Sequence record: PP496441.1
DNA length: 64,000 nt
Strand: one strand, 5' to 3'
In this document: positions 35,962 through 44,723 of the stretch, piece by piece
How positions within the stretch are numbered: the first letter of the stretch is position 1
How the letters are laid out: each line of letters opens with the position of its first letter
Position numbers and translations under genes: made by a program
The notes under the pieces: generated by a model
Told to the model about the DNA's origin: nothing
Seen by the model: the letters and a program-made list of their open reading frames with translations, nothing else
Database searches by the model: none

Positions 35962-37154
35962 GTGGTCTCCTCAGCTGGGGCATAGTCTACCCATTCAGCG
36001 TTAATATAATCGTGTGCGTAGATGTTGGAACCACCGATCCACTTGCCTTGGGTTGCCGGGGTTGCTCTCACTACATCGGGATTGTTGATGTAGAACCCAC
36101 CGATGACCGGCATGCCTCGCCCATTACGACTTGGCTCGCTGATATTGGTGACGATCTCACCTGCGTCGAATTCTAGCACTGACAGCGAAGACGAAGGAAT
36201 CGCCGGTTGCGTTATCAATACCTCAATGTCGAAGTCTAAAGTAAGCTCTAGGGCCTTGATGCGGGGTTCAACCACGTCATGGTAGCTTTCGATTGAATTA
36301 GCATCGAGGTACTTTTTGACGATATCCCGGAAGTCCGCACCGTAGAAGTCCATCTCGTACTTGTCGTACCAGCCGTCCAAGGCATTGATCGGTTTGTTCC
36401 GATGGTGGCCTCCGATAGTCGGGTAGGGGTACGGCAGCGGTGCACCCTGACCGATGAAGAAGCCGCCTATATCGAACGGCGGGTACGGGTAGTCTCGCAG
36501 CTTGCCGACACGAAACGGCTGGCGGATGTCTTCGTTGATTTGTTCCTCGATGTCTTCCGTGAAAGGAACAATGTCTTTGATGTTGACGCCCAGTTTGAAG
36601 CCGATGATGTTGGAGCAGACCCACATGAACTCTCGGGCCAGCACCAGCAACTGTGCTTCGGTCAGCAGGTCAGGGGCGGACGTAGGGGAAGCCTCAAGTC
36701 CGATCAGGATCTCGCAGTTGTTCAACCCAACCAGCTCCGGGTCATCTGCCCACGCCACACCGTTGGCGGTTTGCAGTTCGATCTCCCGCTGAACCCGCGT
36801 ACCTTCGTAGATAATCGCACCAATGCCCAGCAGGCGGAGGATGAACACCAGTCCACGTGACGTACCTTTCAACCGGTAGATCATGCGAGTGACGCCGACC
36901 AACGATCGGTCTTCAATGGCAGCACCGGCGGCACTCAGGATGCGCTTGATCTCATCCGCACCAAACTCGTCTGCGCCGATGCCCGGATCATAGGCGTCAC
37001 CTTGAATGTTGAACCGGTCTACCATCTCCTCCACGTTCGCATAGTGGTTGGTCAGCGAGATGAAGTCCATGATCGCTGCCACTTTCTGGAACACAGGGTG
37101 ATTACGTTGTTGTTCTGGAACCAGCTGAATGCTTGGTAGGATCTCCATAGCCAT
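35958..37154 (-). CDS. Baseplate wedge protein (gp7/gpI-like)
   Basis: 'IYRLKGT.RGL..IL.LLG' tail-I-like motif; gene position. Confidence 0.65.
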   Translation of the reverse strand: MAMEILPSIQLVPEQQRNHPVFQKVAAIMDFISLTNHYANVEEMVDRFNIQGDAYDPGIGADEFGADEIKRILSAAGAAIEDRSLVGVTRMIYRLKGTSRGLVFILRLLGIGAIIYEGTRVQREIELQTANGVAWADDPELVGLNNCEILIGLEASPTSAPDLLTEAQLLVLAREFMWVCSNIIGFKLGVNIKDIVPFTEDIEEQINEDIRQPFRVGKLRDYPYPPFDIGGFFIGQGAPLPYPYPTIGGHHRNKPINALDGWYDKYEMDFYGADFRDIVKKYLDANSIESYHDVVEPRIKALELTLDFDIEVLITQPAIPSSSLSVLEFDAGEIVTNISEPSRNGRGMPVIGGFYINNPDVVRATPATQGKWIGGSNIYAHDYINAEWVDYAPAEETT

Positions 37155-37157
37155 GGT

Positions 37158-38642
37158 TTAATCCTCTGTAACGACGGTGTAACCCGTTGAGAGATCACCG
37201 TCATCAGGCCCAAAGTTAGCCAACTGGGTTTCGTCCGTGGTGAAGGAAACGTTCAACTCTCCGGGAATGAAGTACTGGTAGAAGCGCAACTTCTTATCCT
37301 TGATCGGGGTCTTGACATACACCCGAGTAACCTTGTCCAGTTTCTGCCCAATACCGCCGGTGAAGAACGTCCCACCCAGCTTGTAGCATTGGGCCAGACG
37401 TTGCTTGGCGATAGCAGCTTCCAGCGCCGTGGTGTCGGCCGTCTTATCGATTACCAGTACCAGCTCAAGGTCAACTCGTACCGCAACCGAATCGATCCAC
37501 ACAATGCCTTCAGCACTGATTTTGAACTTGGCCAGATAGTCCAGCAAGGCCAGCTCTTCAAGCGGGGACAGGGAATGGGTATCGTCGAACAGGTAGGCGA
37601 TGGCGCACCGGCAGCAACCTTCCTGCTTGCCGTCGTCCCACGTACCCCCAGCAACTTCACAGGCTTCCTTGCTCCACTTGTCATCGAGGTTGCATTCACC
37701 CCGGTGGAACTTGGCATCGATCATACCTGGGTACGACTTCACCAGAGCTTCGTGATCGCTCGGGGTCACCATACGCCTTTGAGTTGAGTGGTACGCCGGG
37801 GCCAGTGTAGCTATCTTTTCCAGTGTGTCAGCGGGGTAAAACGGGGTGGACGTCTCGATGGCTTGCGGCGTCATAAAGCCTGAATCCAGCGACACCTTGG
37901 GCAGCGTCAGGTTGAAGCTTGCCAGCACACGGGTATCTACCACCCGCAAATAGGACAATGACACCTTACCGTTGAATGGCAACCGGTAGCCGATGGCCCC
38001 GTCACCTGATTTCAAGGCCAGCGCGTCGGGAAGGGTAGCTACAGGCAACGCACCTTCGTACATGTCGTCGGTGAACTTGCTGGTCGGAACCACCTGATCC
38101 TCAACCGTTACCTGAACGAAATTGTTGTCCACGGTCATTATGTCTTCGACAGGAATCACGAACGTGTAGAAGTCTGTGTCGGAGTCCACGAACGTTTCAA
38201 TGGTCTCCCACGTGCCCAGTAGCAAGGTAAGTTTGTGCGTACCGACTGCAAGATACTGGGACTCTCGCAAGGAAAGCGGTTGGCTGTCAACGTAGCCGAA
38301 CGGCACTTCTCGCAGGAAGTAATTCGCTTTCGTAACCTGAACCGTGACGTCGATGGTCATAGCTGTACACCTGTTGACCGGGTAGTCAAGGTGATACGCG
38401 ATGTTCAGGATCGTGCTCTGAAGTTTTGCGGTGACCAGCGAGCGTTCCCGTAGCAGGGACATACTGTGGAAACGCAAAAATGTCCCCAGGCCAGCAGCCA
38501 ATTCCTTGACAACCGTACCTGTGGACATGCTGAAGTAGTCTTTCCACTTTGCTGCGTCGTCTTGACCGTCCAGAAATGTATTCAGGTCGTCCAAGATCGT
38601 AGCTTGGGAAATGCGGCTGGGATCAATGATGGTGGTGCCCAT
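37158..38642 (-). CDS. Baseplate wedge protein (T4 gp6/gpJ-like)
   Basis: 'A.L.STILNIA..L.Y', 'AP.Y.STQ.R.VT..D...L'; GAGGA RBS before ATG 38642. Confidence 0.8.
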   Translation of the reverse strand: MGTTIIDPSRISQATILDDLNTFLDGQDDAAKWKDYFSMSTGTVVKELAAGLGTFLRFHSMSLLRERSLVTAKLQSTILNIAYHLDYPVNRCTAMTIDVTVQVTKANYFLREVPFGYVDSQPLSLRESQYLAVGTHKLTLLLGTWETIETFVDSDTDFYTFVIPVEDIMTVDNNFVQVTVEDQVVPTSKFTDDMYEGALPVATLPDALALKSGDGAIGYRLPFNGKVSLSYLRVVDTRVLASFNLTLPKVSLDSGFMTPQAIETSTPFYPADTLEKIATLAPAYHSTQRRMVTPSDHEALVKSYPGMIDAKFHRGECNLDDKWSKEACEVAGGTWDDGKQEGCCRCAIAYLFDDTHSLSPLEELALLDYLAKFKISAEGIVWIDSVAVRVDLELVLVIDKTADTTALEAAIAKQRLAQCYKLGGTFFTGGIGQKLDKVTRVYVKTPIKDKKLRFYQYFIPGELNVSFTTDETQLANFGPDDGDLSTGYTVVTED

Positions 38643-38658
38643 ACGTTCCTCGAATCGG

Positions 38659-39042
38659 TTAGGAGGCTGGGCGTTTAAGATCGCCGCCAACGGAATAGTT
38701 ACCGTCTAAGCCTTGGATGTAGAAGTTCAGCTGGACGTAATACATCTGGGCGTCCATGTAAGGGATAACCGAAGACGACTTCATGTCCAACCGGAGGCGG
38801 GGTTCATACTTCTGAATGCCCCCGATGAAGTGAGCCATGATCATCGAGGCCGTATCGGAATTGATGGGCTCGAATAATAGGTCTCGAAGATCGGGATCGA
38901 TGTCAGGACGAAACAATCGCTGCTTCTGCCCGGTGTTCATCAAATTGTCCAGCGCCTGATAAACCGCTGACTCATTGAACTGGAGCGGAAGCCCAGACAA
39001 TGGATCGTTGCTCAAGTCGCTGTAGAGTACCGTGATCGCCAT
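38659..39042 (-). CDS. Baseplate wedge gp25-like protein
   Basis: 'AVYQALDNLMNT...QRLFRPD...LLFEP...I.KYEPR' gp25 pattern. Confidence 0.85.
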   Translation of the reverse strand: MAITVLYSDLSNDPLSGLPLQFNESAVYQALDNLMNTGQKQRLFRPDIDPDLRDLLFEPINSDTASMIMAHFIGGIQKYEPRLRLDMKSSSVIPYMDAQMYYVQLNFYIQGLDGNYSVGGDLKRPAS

Positions 39043-39177
39043 AGTCCGGCTCCAGCGTGCCGCCCGTATACGCTCACAGGCGGGGTTTACGTGATGAGTG
39101 GTTAAATGGTACGTCCCGATAAATAACGAGCCCGCCTGCCGCCGCTGGGGGCCGTTACAGTTCAACCTGATTCCACG

Positions 39178-39678
39178 TCAGTTCTTGCCGCGTAGTTCCA
39201 GTGTGCTCGCCGACGAAGCCGTCGGAAAGAACTCTACTACAGGGTCTCCCTTGGAATCAGTGAAAAGCCGCTCCGGTAGATTAACCTCAGGGATTGTCGT
39301 TGCAGCGTTGGACGCCGCTGACGGAGATAAGCTACTGGGAGGTGGAACGGCTACCATTTTTTCCTTGTCGTCTCCTTCCTTACTTCGGGAGGAGTTGAAC
39401 CTGCTATACAACTCGCTGATTTGACTCTGTTGATTTCGGAACTGCTCCGTGGTTTCCCGGTTGAACTTGGTCTGGGTAGACACGAAGGAGATTACCGTCT
39501 TCTTCAAAGCATCGATGTCAGCGCTAACAGGAGCCTGCTTGGCATAGCGATCTTCCACAAAGAAATACATGGAGAACAACGCAATGACAATGGCTATTAC
39601 TTGGGTAGGCGAGAGACGGATGGCAGAAACTTCTGTGTTAGGAGAAGGTGTGCCTCCGCTTGCGGGTTGACCAGCCAT
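39178..39678 (-). CDS. Hypothetical membrane protein (single transmembrane segment plus coiled-coil)
   Basis: 'VIAIVIALFSMYFFV' hydrophobic helix. Confidence 0.55.
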   Translation of the reverse strand: MAGQPASGGTPSPNTEVSAIRLSPTQVIAIVIALFSMYFFVEDRYAKQAPVSADIDALKKTVISFVSTQTKFNRETTEQFRNQQSQISELYSRFNSSRSKEGDDKEKMVAVPPPSSLSPSAASNAATTIPEVNLPERLFTDSKGDPVVEFFPTASSASTLELRGKN

Positions 39679-39716
39679 ACTACCGTCCTCTACAGGCCAT
39701 CAGGCAGTGGGTTAGC

Positions 39717-40724
39717 TCAGGCGAGGAATCTGTGTAAGCCCGAGGAATATTTGTTCAGGTACATGGTCATCACCTTATTGGACGCGGTGGTGGCTCGGTT
39801 ACCTGATCGGTTAAACGACATATGCAACCAAGGTCGGTTCCCGTGCTCAAAGATGAACTGGTCATAATTGATGTTGTCTTTGACCCAATTGGCACGATCC
39901 CAATATTCTTGATTGCTAATGCCGGGCCACTGTACATCGATGGCTTGTCCCGTCTCATGCTGGGACCTACCATTCTGCTGTGTACGGAAACCGGAGTTGA
40001 AGGAGAAACCTGGGTAGGCGTCCCACAACGGTTCCAGTATATGCTCGGCCAATGCCTTGAGGTTGCAAACTATCTCCTGTTCCGTCAAGCCCCGTTGAGC
40101 CTTGATGGTGTGAGGGAAAGCAGTCTTGATCGATACGTTAGCCAACGTAAACCTTGCGGATAGACGCAGCCCGTAATCCAGCGGTAGAGTAATCATGGCG
40201 CAGTCAGTGATAGGTGTAACTCGGTCCGGCGGGGGCACCTTGTTCTCTTCCTGTGCGGGTGTGTCTATTGGCGGTGGCGGTGAAGTCTGGGGTGCCGGTG
40301 GATAACTCTGCTGCGGAGTACCGGGACTGGTCTCGTATTCATCAGCGAAAGCGTCGTAACCGGCAGTCCGAATAAGCTTGGCTGCATTCTCAGGGCTGTT
40401 CTGATCCACCGGAATAATAGTGGCAGCGATAATCTCCACCTTACCCTTATCCGATGTACCGTCACCTACCAGCACAGTAGGTGAGCCTGTCATGGGTGCG
40501 TCATTGTCTTGGAACCCGTCACCCAGTCGGGCAACTGGTAGTCCGTTGGTGAACACCGTGGCACTCCCAACTCTTTGCGAAGTAGGTCCGGGTGGGCCAA
40601 TCCAGGTATCGCTGACCCGTACAACAGGGAAGCCATTGACCATGTGATTCGGGGATCCAGACACTGCCACCCGTTTAGCGTTTGACAAGTCTGGGCCTTG
40701 CCGGGCCACTGGTTTCAATGCCAT
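39717..40724 (-). CDS. PAAR-like spike-tip protein fused to a peptidase M15 domain
   Basis: N-terminal PVARQG/PVVRVSD/PVARLGD repeats; Pro-rich linker; 'NSGFR', 'SQH..GQAID' and 'WLHMSF'. Confidence 0.8.
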   Translation of the reverse strand: MALKPVARQGPDLSNAKRVAVSGSPNHMVNGFPVVRVSDTWIGPPGPTSQRVGSATVFTNGLPVARLGDGFQDNDAPMTGSPTVLVGDGTSDKGKVEIIAATIIPVDQNSPENAAKLIRTAGYDAFADEYETSPGTPQQSYPPAPQTSPPPPIDTPAQEENKVPPPDRVTPITDCAMITLPLDYGLRLSARFTLANVSIKTAFPHTIKAQRGLTEQEIVCNLKALAEHILEPLWDAYPGFSFNSGFRTQQNGRSQHETGQAIDVQWPGISNQEYWDRANWVKDNINYDQFIFEHGNRPWLHMSFNRSGNRATTASNKVMTMYLNKYSSGLHRFLA

Positions 40725-40733
40725 GTGCCCACC

Positions 40734-41372
40734 TTAAGGGTTGTCCTGAATCATGCCAGCCTTACGAGTCTCGATACCGATGGTGTTGGTATCCTTAGCT
40801 CCTTCTACATTCTCAGCCAGATTGCCTTTGACCAGTACCGCGCTGTCACCCACCACTTGCCGTGAGAAGTTCCTGCCGACAACCTCGATCAAGTCCCGCT
40901 TGGCAGTTCTGATGATGTCACCGTCGTTGGTGAATACTTCCTTACTGCCGGTGTGGTGGATGAACGTCACCTCACCACTGGTCAGGTCCGTGATCCACTG
41001 GTTACCAGACGCATCAATCTGGCCGTAAGTGGTCGGGTAGTTGGTGCCCGACACATCCGTCTGCTGCGTGCCCGCCGACTTCCAGAACCCCGTATATACT
41101 GGGAAGTGGGGATCTTGGCTGGGGAACTCGATGATCAGTTCAGATCCGACGATAGGCACTCCGAAGGAACTGGTGCCACCTCCGCCACCCTGATCAGCAG
41201 GAACCTGAGCGTAGCACCATGGCAGGGAATCCACGTCTCCGTCGATGAACGGCGGAATGCGACACTTCACCCGTGAGATGCCACGTGGGTCTTGGTTGGT
41301 GACCACGATGCCTTTGAGCGGCTGATCGAAGAACCGCCGGGGTTTCATCACTTGATTGATAGAAAAGAGCAT
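40734..41372 (-). CDS. Short gp5/gpV-like baseplate spike (OB fold plus beta-helix)
   Basis: 'DPRGISRVKCRIP', 'VPIVGSEL.IEF...DP..PVY.G'; no lysozyme domain. Confidence 0.82.
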   Translation of the reverse strand: MLFSINQVMKPRRFFDQPLKGIVVTNQDPRGISRVKCRIPPFIDGDVDSLPWCYAQVPADQGGGGGTSSFGVPIVGSELIIEFPSQDPHFPVYTGFWKSAGTQQTDVSGTNYPTTYGQIDASGNQWITDLTSGEVTFIHHTGSKEVFTNDGDIIRTAKRDLIEVVGRNFSRQVVGDSAVLVKGNLAENVEGAKDTNTIGIETRKAGMIQDNP

Positions 41373-41390
41373 GGAAACCTCTCGTGCCGG

Positions 41391-42212
41391 TTAGAAATAT
41401 TCCGGCTTGAACTGCTCGATCTGAACCGCGAATTCCTTTTTCAACTTCTCCTGACGATCCTGATCTTCCATCACGATGATGTGGCGACGGATCTTCGAGC
41501 ACGCGGTCAAGTCACCGGCAGCACGTTCCAGGTCACGGGCGTAATCCTCAAGCTCGCTGATCTGTTTATCCAGCTTGAACGTGGTCTCACCCTTCACATA
41601 CTTCTGGATGTAGAACTTGCGCATCTGCTTGTCGTACAAGCTGCGGTAGGTCTTCTCGTATTCCGCCAGCGCATCCGCCGGTTTCATTTTGAGCGGACCT
41701 TTACGCACCTTGTCGGTCTTGATGGTATGAACGGTGTCCTTCGTTTCCACCTGCTTGATCGTCGGGATCAGCGGATTGTTCTTGTCCGCTTTGGTTTGCG
41801 TAGGAATCTGCGCTTTAGGCTTTTCCTTGGCAACCTTGACGGTGGTGTCTACCTTTGGCCGTGCACGACCGAGGAAGCCAGCAACATCATCTGCGCTAAC
41901 CCACTTCGGCAGTTCCTTGACCGGCAAGGCAGTCTTGCGCACCTTATTGCTGGTGCACTTGCCCAGTACCCACTTGCGGGTGGCCGGGAACTCTGCGACT
42001 TCGCCGTCGTCGAAGCGGATGAACAAAGTCTTGTCCGCCACGCTGCGTTTGGATACGGTGCCGATGAAGATCAGCGGGTCTTGCTTCTTGCCGTCGTAGT
42101 TGATAACGAGCCGGTCACCTTTCTTGAATTCATCAATCAGGGCTGACGTTTCGATCTCTTGCTTGTCGTGCGACGACGTAGAGCGGGCCGGGTTAAGAGT
42201 CCGAATGCTCAT
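41391..42212 (-). CDS. Hypothetical protein with an N-terminal Tudor/SH3-like domain
   Basis: 'KKGDRLVINY...FIGTV...IRFDDGEV'. Confidence 0.6.
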   Translation of the reverse strand: MSIRTLNPARSTSSHDKQEIETSALIDEFKKGDRLVINYDGKKQDPLIFIGTVSKRSVADKTLFIRFDDGEVAEFPATRKWVLGKCTSNKVRKTALPVKELPKWVSADDVAGFLGRARPKVDTTVKVAKEKPKAQIPTQTKADKNNPLIPTIKQVETKDTVHTIKTDKVRKGPLKMKPADALAEYEKTYRSLYDKQMRKFYIQKYVKGETTFKLDKQISELEDYARDLERAAGDLTACSKIRRHIIVMEDQDRQEKLKKEFAVQIEQFKPEYF

Positions 42213-42253
42213 TATTTTCTCCTGTTCGGGCGCTGTGCCATGTCATTCAAATC

Positions 42254-42267
42254 ATGCCCATAATTAG
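42254..42267 (-). promoter_or_regulatory. Candidate late promoter CTAATT-N4-GYAT
   Basis: CTAATTATGGGCAT about 40 nt upstream of ATG 42212. Confidence 0.5.
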
Positions 42268-42280
42268 GCCTTTTGCGTGT

Positions 42281-43444
42281 TTAGCGAACGTTGCCTTTGA
42301 TGGCAGCTGGCGCTTCCCGACTCATCTCAACCCGAGTAACCATATCGCCGTTGACGATCCGTCTTGCTACCATGTTGACCAAGTACATCCCGGTATACGT
42401 CTCCGAGGTTTGCTTGTTCTGGTTATTAACCTCAAGCTCATCATCCTTGAACAGTACCAGATCCAGCAGTCGCACCGGATAGAACTCGTTCTTGAACGAC
42501 ACGTCCACCGTACAGGCGGAGTAGCTGCACAGATAGTTCAAGTTGTTGATGTAAGACTCGTTATACCGGGCGTGCACGTTGTCCCCTGCAAAGGAGTTCG
42601 GCACTCGGCGAATCTTTACATCCGCGTTCCGGCCCAGTGTCTTGGACGCGGCGAGCAGTGTTGATACCGTACTGCTCTTACCGATGCTACCCCCACTGTC
42701 CAGGTTATACTCCAGCGTTTCCAGACCGTACCCGGCGAACTGATTCAGCAGGCCGTTGGACAACTGGATCGTGTACTCACCTTGGATAGGGATTTGTACG
42801 CTTGCTGCCTTTTGTTCTGGCGAGGATGCCCCATAGTTGAAGATGTAGGCCGGAGCCAAGCTCAACATGGACTTCAGACTGCGGAACCGGAAGATGGAAT
42901 CCGACGTGATGCCGATCAGAGGAACGTTGTTCAGCCCCACGTCAGTGCGCAGCCAGGTGCTGTTGACGAACGCACGGTCTGTCGTGTACGGTTGAATCCA
43001 CTTCATCTTGTCCACGGACGCGGGCAGATTGGTGTCGAACTTCATGTTGTTCCGTTGGGCAACCCCGGCCATCACCTCGACACCCGACATCAGCTTGGTG
43101 ATCTGCTGGTGGCAGTCGTTCACATAAGACGGATGGTACGCCAGCCCGGACAGGTTGAACACATACTCCGACTGACCATTCCGTTTTACCTTGGGGTTCA
43201 GAATCCAAAGGCGATAGTCCATCATGTTGTCCGCTGTCCGACCAATGGAGATCGTCAGCGGATTGCCTTCGTTCATGTTGTACATCACTTCCTTGTTGCT
43301 AGTTGAGAACGTCATCTCGAACTGTGGAAGCTCGCCCCCGGCACGTTCGATGATCTGGAAGTCAGTGAGCTGATCCCCGGACAAGAAGTCCTTGATGGTG
43401 CCGATGGATGCCGAGAGTCGCCACTGACCGTTAACGCCGATCAT
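42281..43444 (-). CDS. Baseplate hub protein (gp27/gpD-like)
   Basis: Size, position and beta-rich pattern ending 'Y.G.YLV..V.R'. Confidence 0.65.
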   Translation of the reverse strand: MIGVNGQWRLSASIGTIKDFLSGDQLTDFQIIERAGGELPQFEMTFSTSNKEVMYNMNEGNPLTISIGRTADNMMDYRLWILNPKVKRNGQSEYVFNLSGLAYHPSYVNDCHQQITKLMSGVEVMAGVAQRNNMKFDTNLPASVDKMKWIQPYTTDRAFVNSTWLRTDVGLNNVPLIGITSDSIFRFRSLKSMLSLAPAYIFNYGASSPEQKAASVQIPIQGEYTIQLSNGLLNQFAGYGLETLEYNLDSGGSIGKSSTVSTLLAASKTLGRNADVKIRRVPNSFAGDNVHARYNESYINNLNYLCSYSACTVDVSFKNEFYPVRLLDLVLFKDDELEVNNQNKQTSETYTGMYLVNMVARRIVNGDMVTRVEMSREAPAAIKGNVR

Positions 43445-43830
43445 AATGGAGAACTCCCGTAGGACGTGGTAGGCACACCTGAAGACTTCAGCGGCTTGAG
43501 TCGGAAGTACAAGTCTTCCAAGTCAGATAGGCGGAAGTAGTTCATCACGGTGCCCACCTTCAGCTCGGTGAACAGGCACTTGTTGTTGTAGTGCATCAGC
43601 AAGGCCCAATAGTCCACGGAGCCGTAGATGGTATAGGACAAGAACTCAGGGTGGTACTCATCTTCCGCACCGACCAGCAGTGTGCCTGCCTTTTCCAACA
43701 GCGATACCTGCTTGAGGAATACACTGCTCAGGGGGTCATACATCTCAACCCCACCGGCGCTGACCGTCTGGATGAATTTCTCCAGATCGTAGCGGCCATC
43801 ACCTTTTCCTTCGTCAATGATGAAACCCAT
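43441..43830 (-). CDS. Baseplate gp53/gpX-like LysM-type protein
   Basis: 'HPEFLSYTIYGSVDYWALLMHYN' matches the RPDxIS..xYG...YW.I...N pattern. Confidence 0.75.
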   Translation of the reverse strand: MGFIIDEGKGDGRYDLEKFIQTVSAGGVEMYDPLSSVFLKQVSLLEKAGTLLVGAEDEYHPEFLSYTIYGSVDYWALLMHYNNKCLFTELKVGTVMNYFRLSDLEDLYFRLKPLKSSGVPTTSYGSSPL

Positions 43831-43838
43831 GACTCACC

Positions 43839-44714
43839 TCAATTAAGCTTGGCCGCGCCGGAAGTCAATAGGTCCTTCAACTGCGCTGTGGTCTTGGTGC
43901 CTATTGCGGTGGCACTGGCATAAGACTTATCGAACTCAGATGATATCTGAGCCAGCCGTTGCTGATTGGTAAGCGAAGGGGTTGCGGCGGCAACGGCTGG
44001 CGCAGAGGCTGTAGCCGTGATGCTGGACAGCAGACCCAACCCTACGTCGCGGAAGAAGGCGAGGAACTCTTGATCGGAAACCAGACGGTACGGTTGCACC
44101 GTCAGGGAACCTGTGGCGTACAGCGGCGTGCCGTCAACGGTGACTGCCTGCGAGAATTCGAAGTTGGCATCCACCAAGATCAGGTTGGTGGCGCGGAACC
44201 ACTGCCCGATCTCCAGCGTCCACGTACCCTGCGCTTCGGACTTACCAGAAGGCAAGTATCCGCCCGGCGGGGTGAGGAATGCCGAGAGGAAGGAATCTAC
44301 GCCTACCTTTTCGTTCTTACCTTCACCGATCCGAGGATACAAGTAGCTTTGCAGCTTGGCGGACTTTAGGTGGACGGGTTCCTCACTCTCGTTGTACCGC
44401 ACGATAGCCACCTGAAGTGGGAACGTCGGGCGCTGTGTGCCGTTCCAGGTAGACACCGTGTTGAGCAGCGTCTTAATTTGGAAGGTCTTGAAGTCCGTAC
44501 CGAAGGCGATGTTGGTCGCCGTGGTCAGCTCCGTGAGCTTCTGGGACTTGTCGTTGAAGAATTGTTCAAATGGACTCTCATAGTTGGCCGAAGAGTTGAT
44601 ACCGAACGGCGCTGTGATGATGCACTTGAACTGATAGAGGTCTAACTGGTGGGAGAGGCGAATCGTATGATCCGCACTCCCCATCAGCGCAGCGTAATCT
44701 AAACCGGCGCTCAT
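43839..44714 (-). CDS. Tail tube initiator/baseplate protein (gp48/gp54-like)
   Basis: Located directly downstream of the tape measure gene; tube-like beta pattern. Confidence 0.5.
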   Translation of the reverse strand: MSAGLDYAALMGSADHTIRLSHQLDLYQFKCIITAPFGINSSANYESPFEQFFNDKSQKLTELTTATNIAFGTDFKTFQIKTLLNTVSTWNGTQRPTFPLQVAIVRYNESEEPVHLKSAKLQSYLYPRIGEGKNEKVGVDSFLSAFLTPPGGYLPSGKSEAQGTWTLEIGQWFRATNLILVDANFEFSQAVTVDGTPLYATGSLTVQPYRLVSDQEFLAFFRDVGLGLLSSITATASAPAVAAATPSLTNQQRLAQISSEFDKSYASATAIGTKTTAQLKDLLTSGAAKLN

Positions 44715-44723
44715 GGTATCCCC

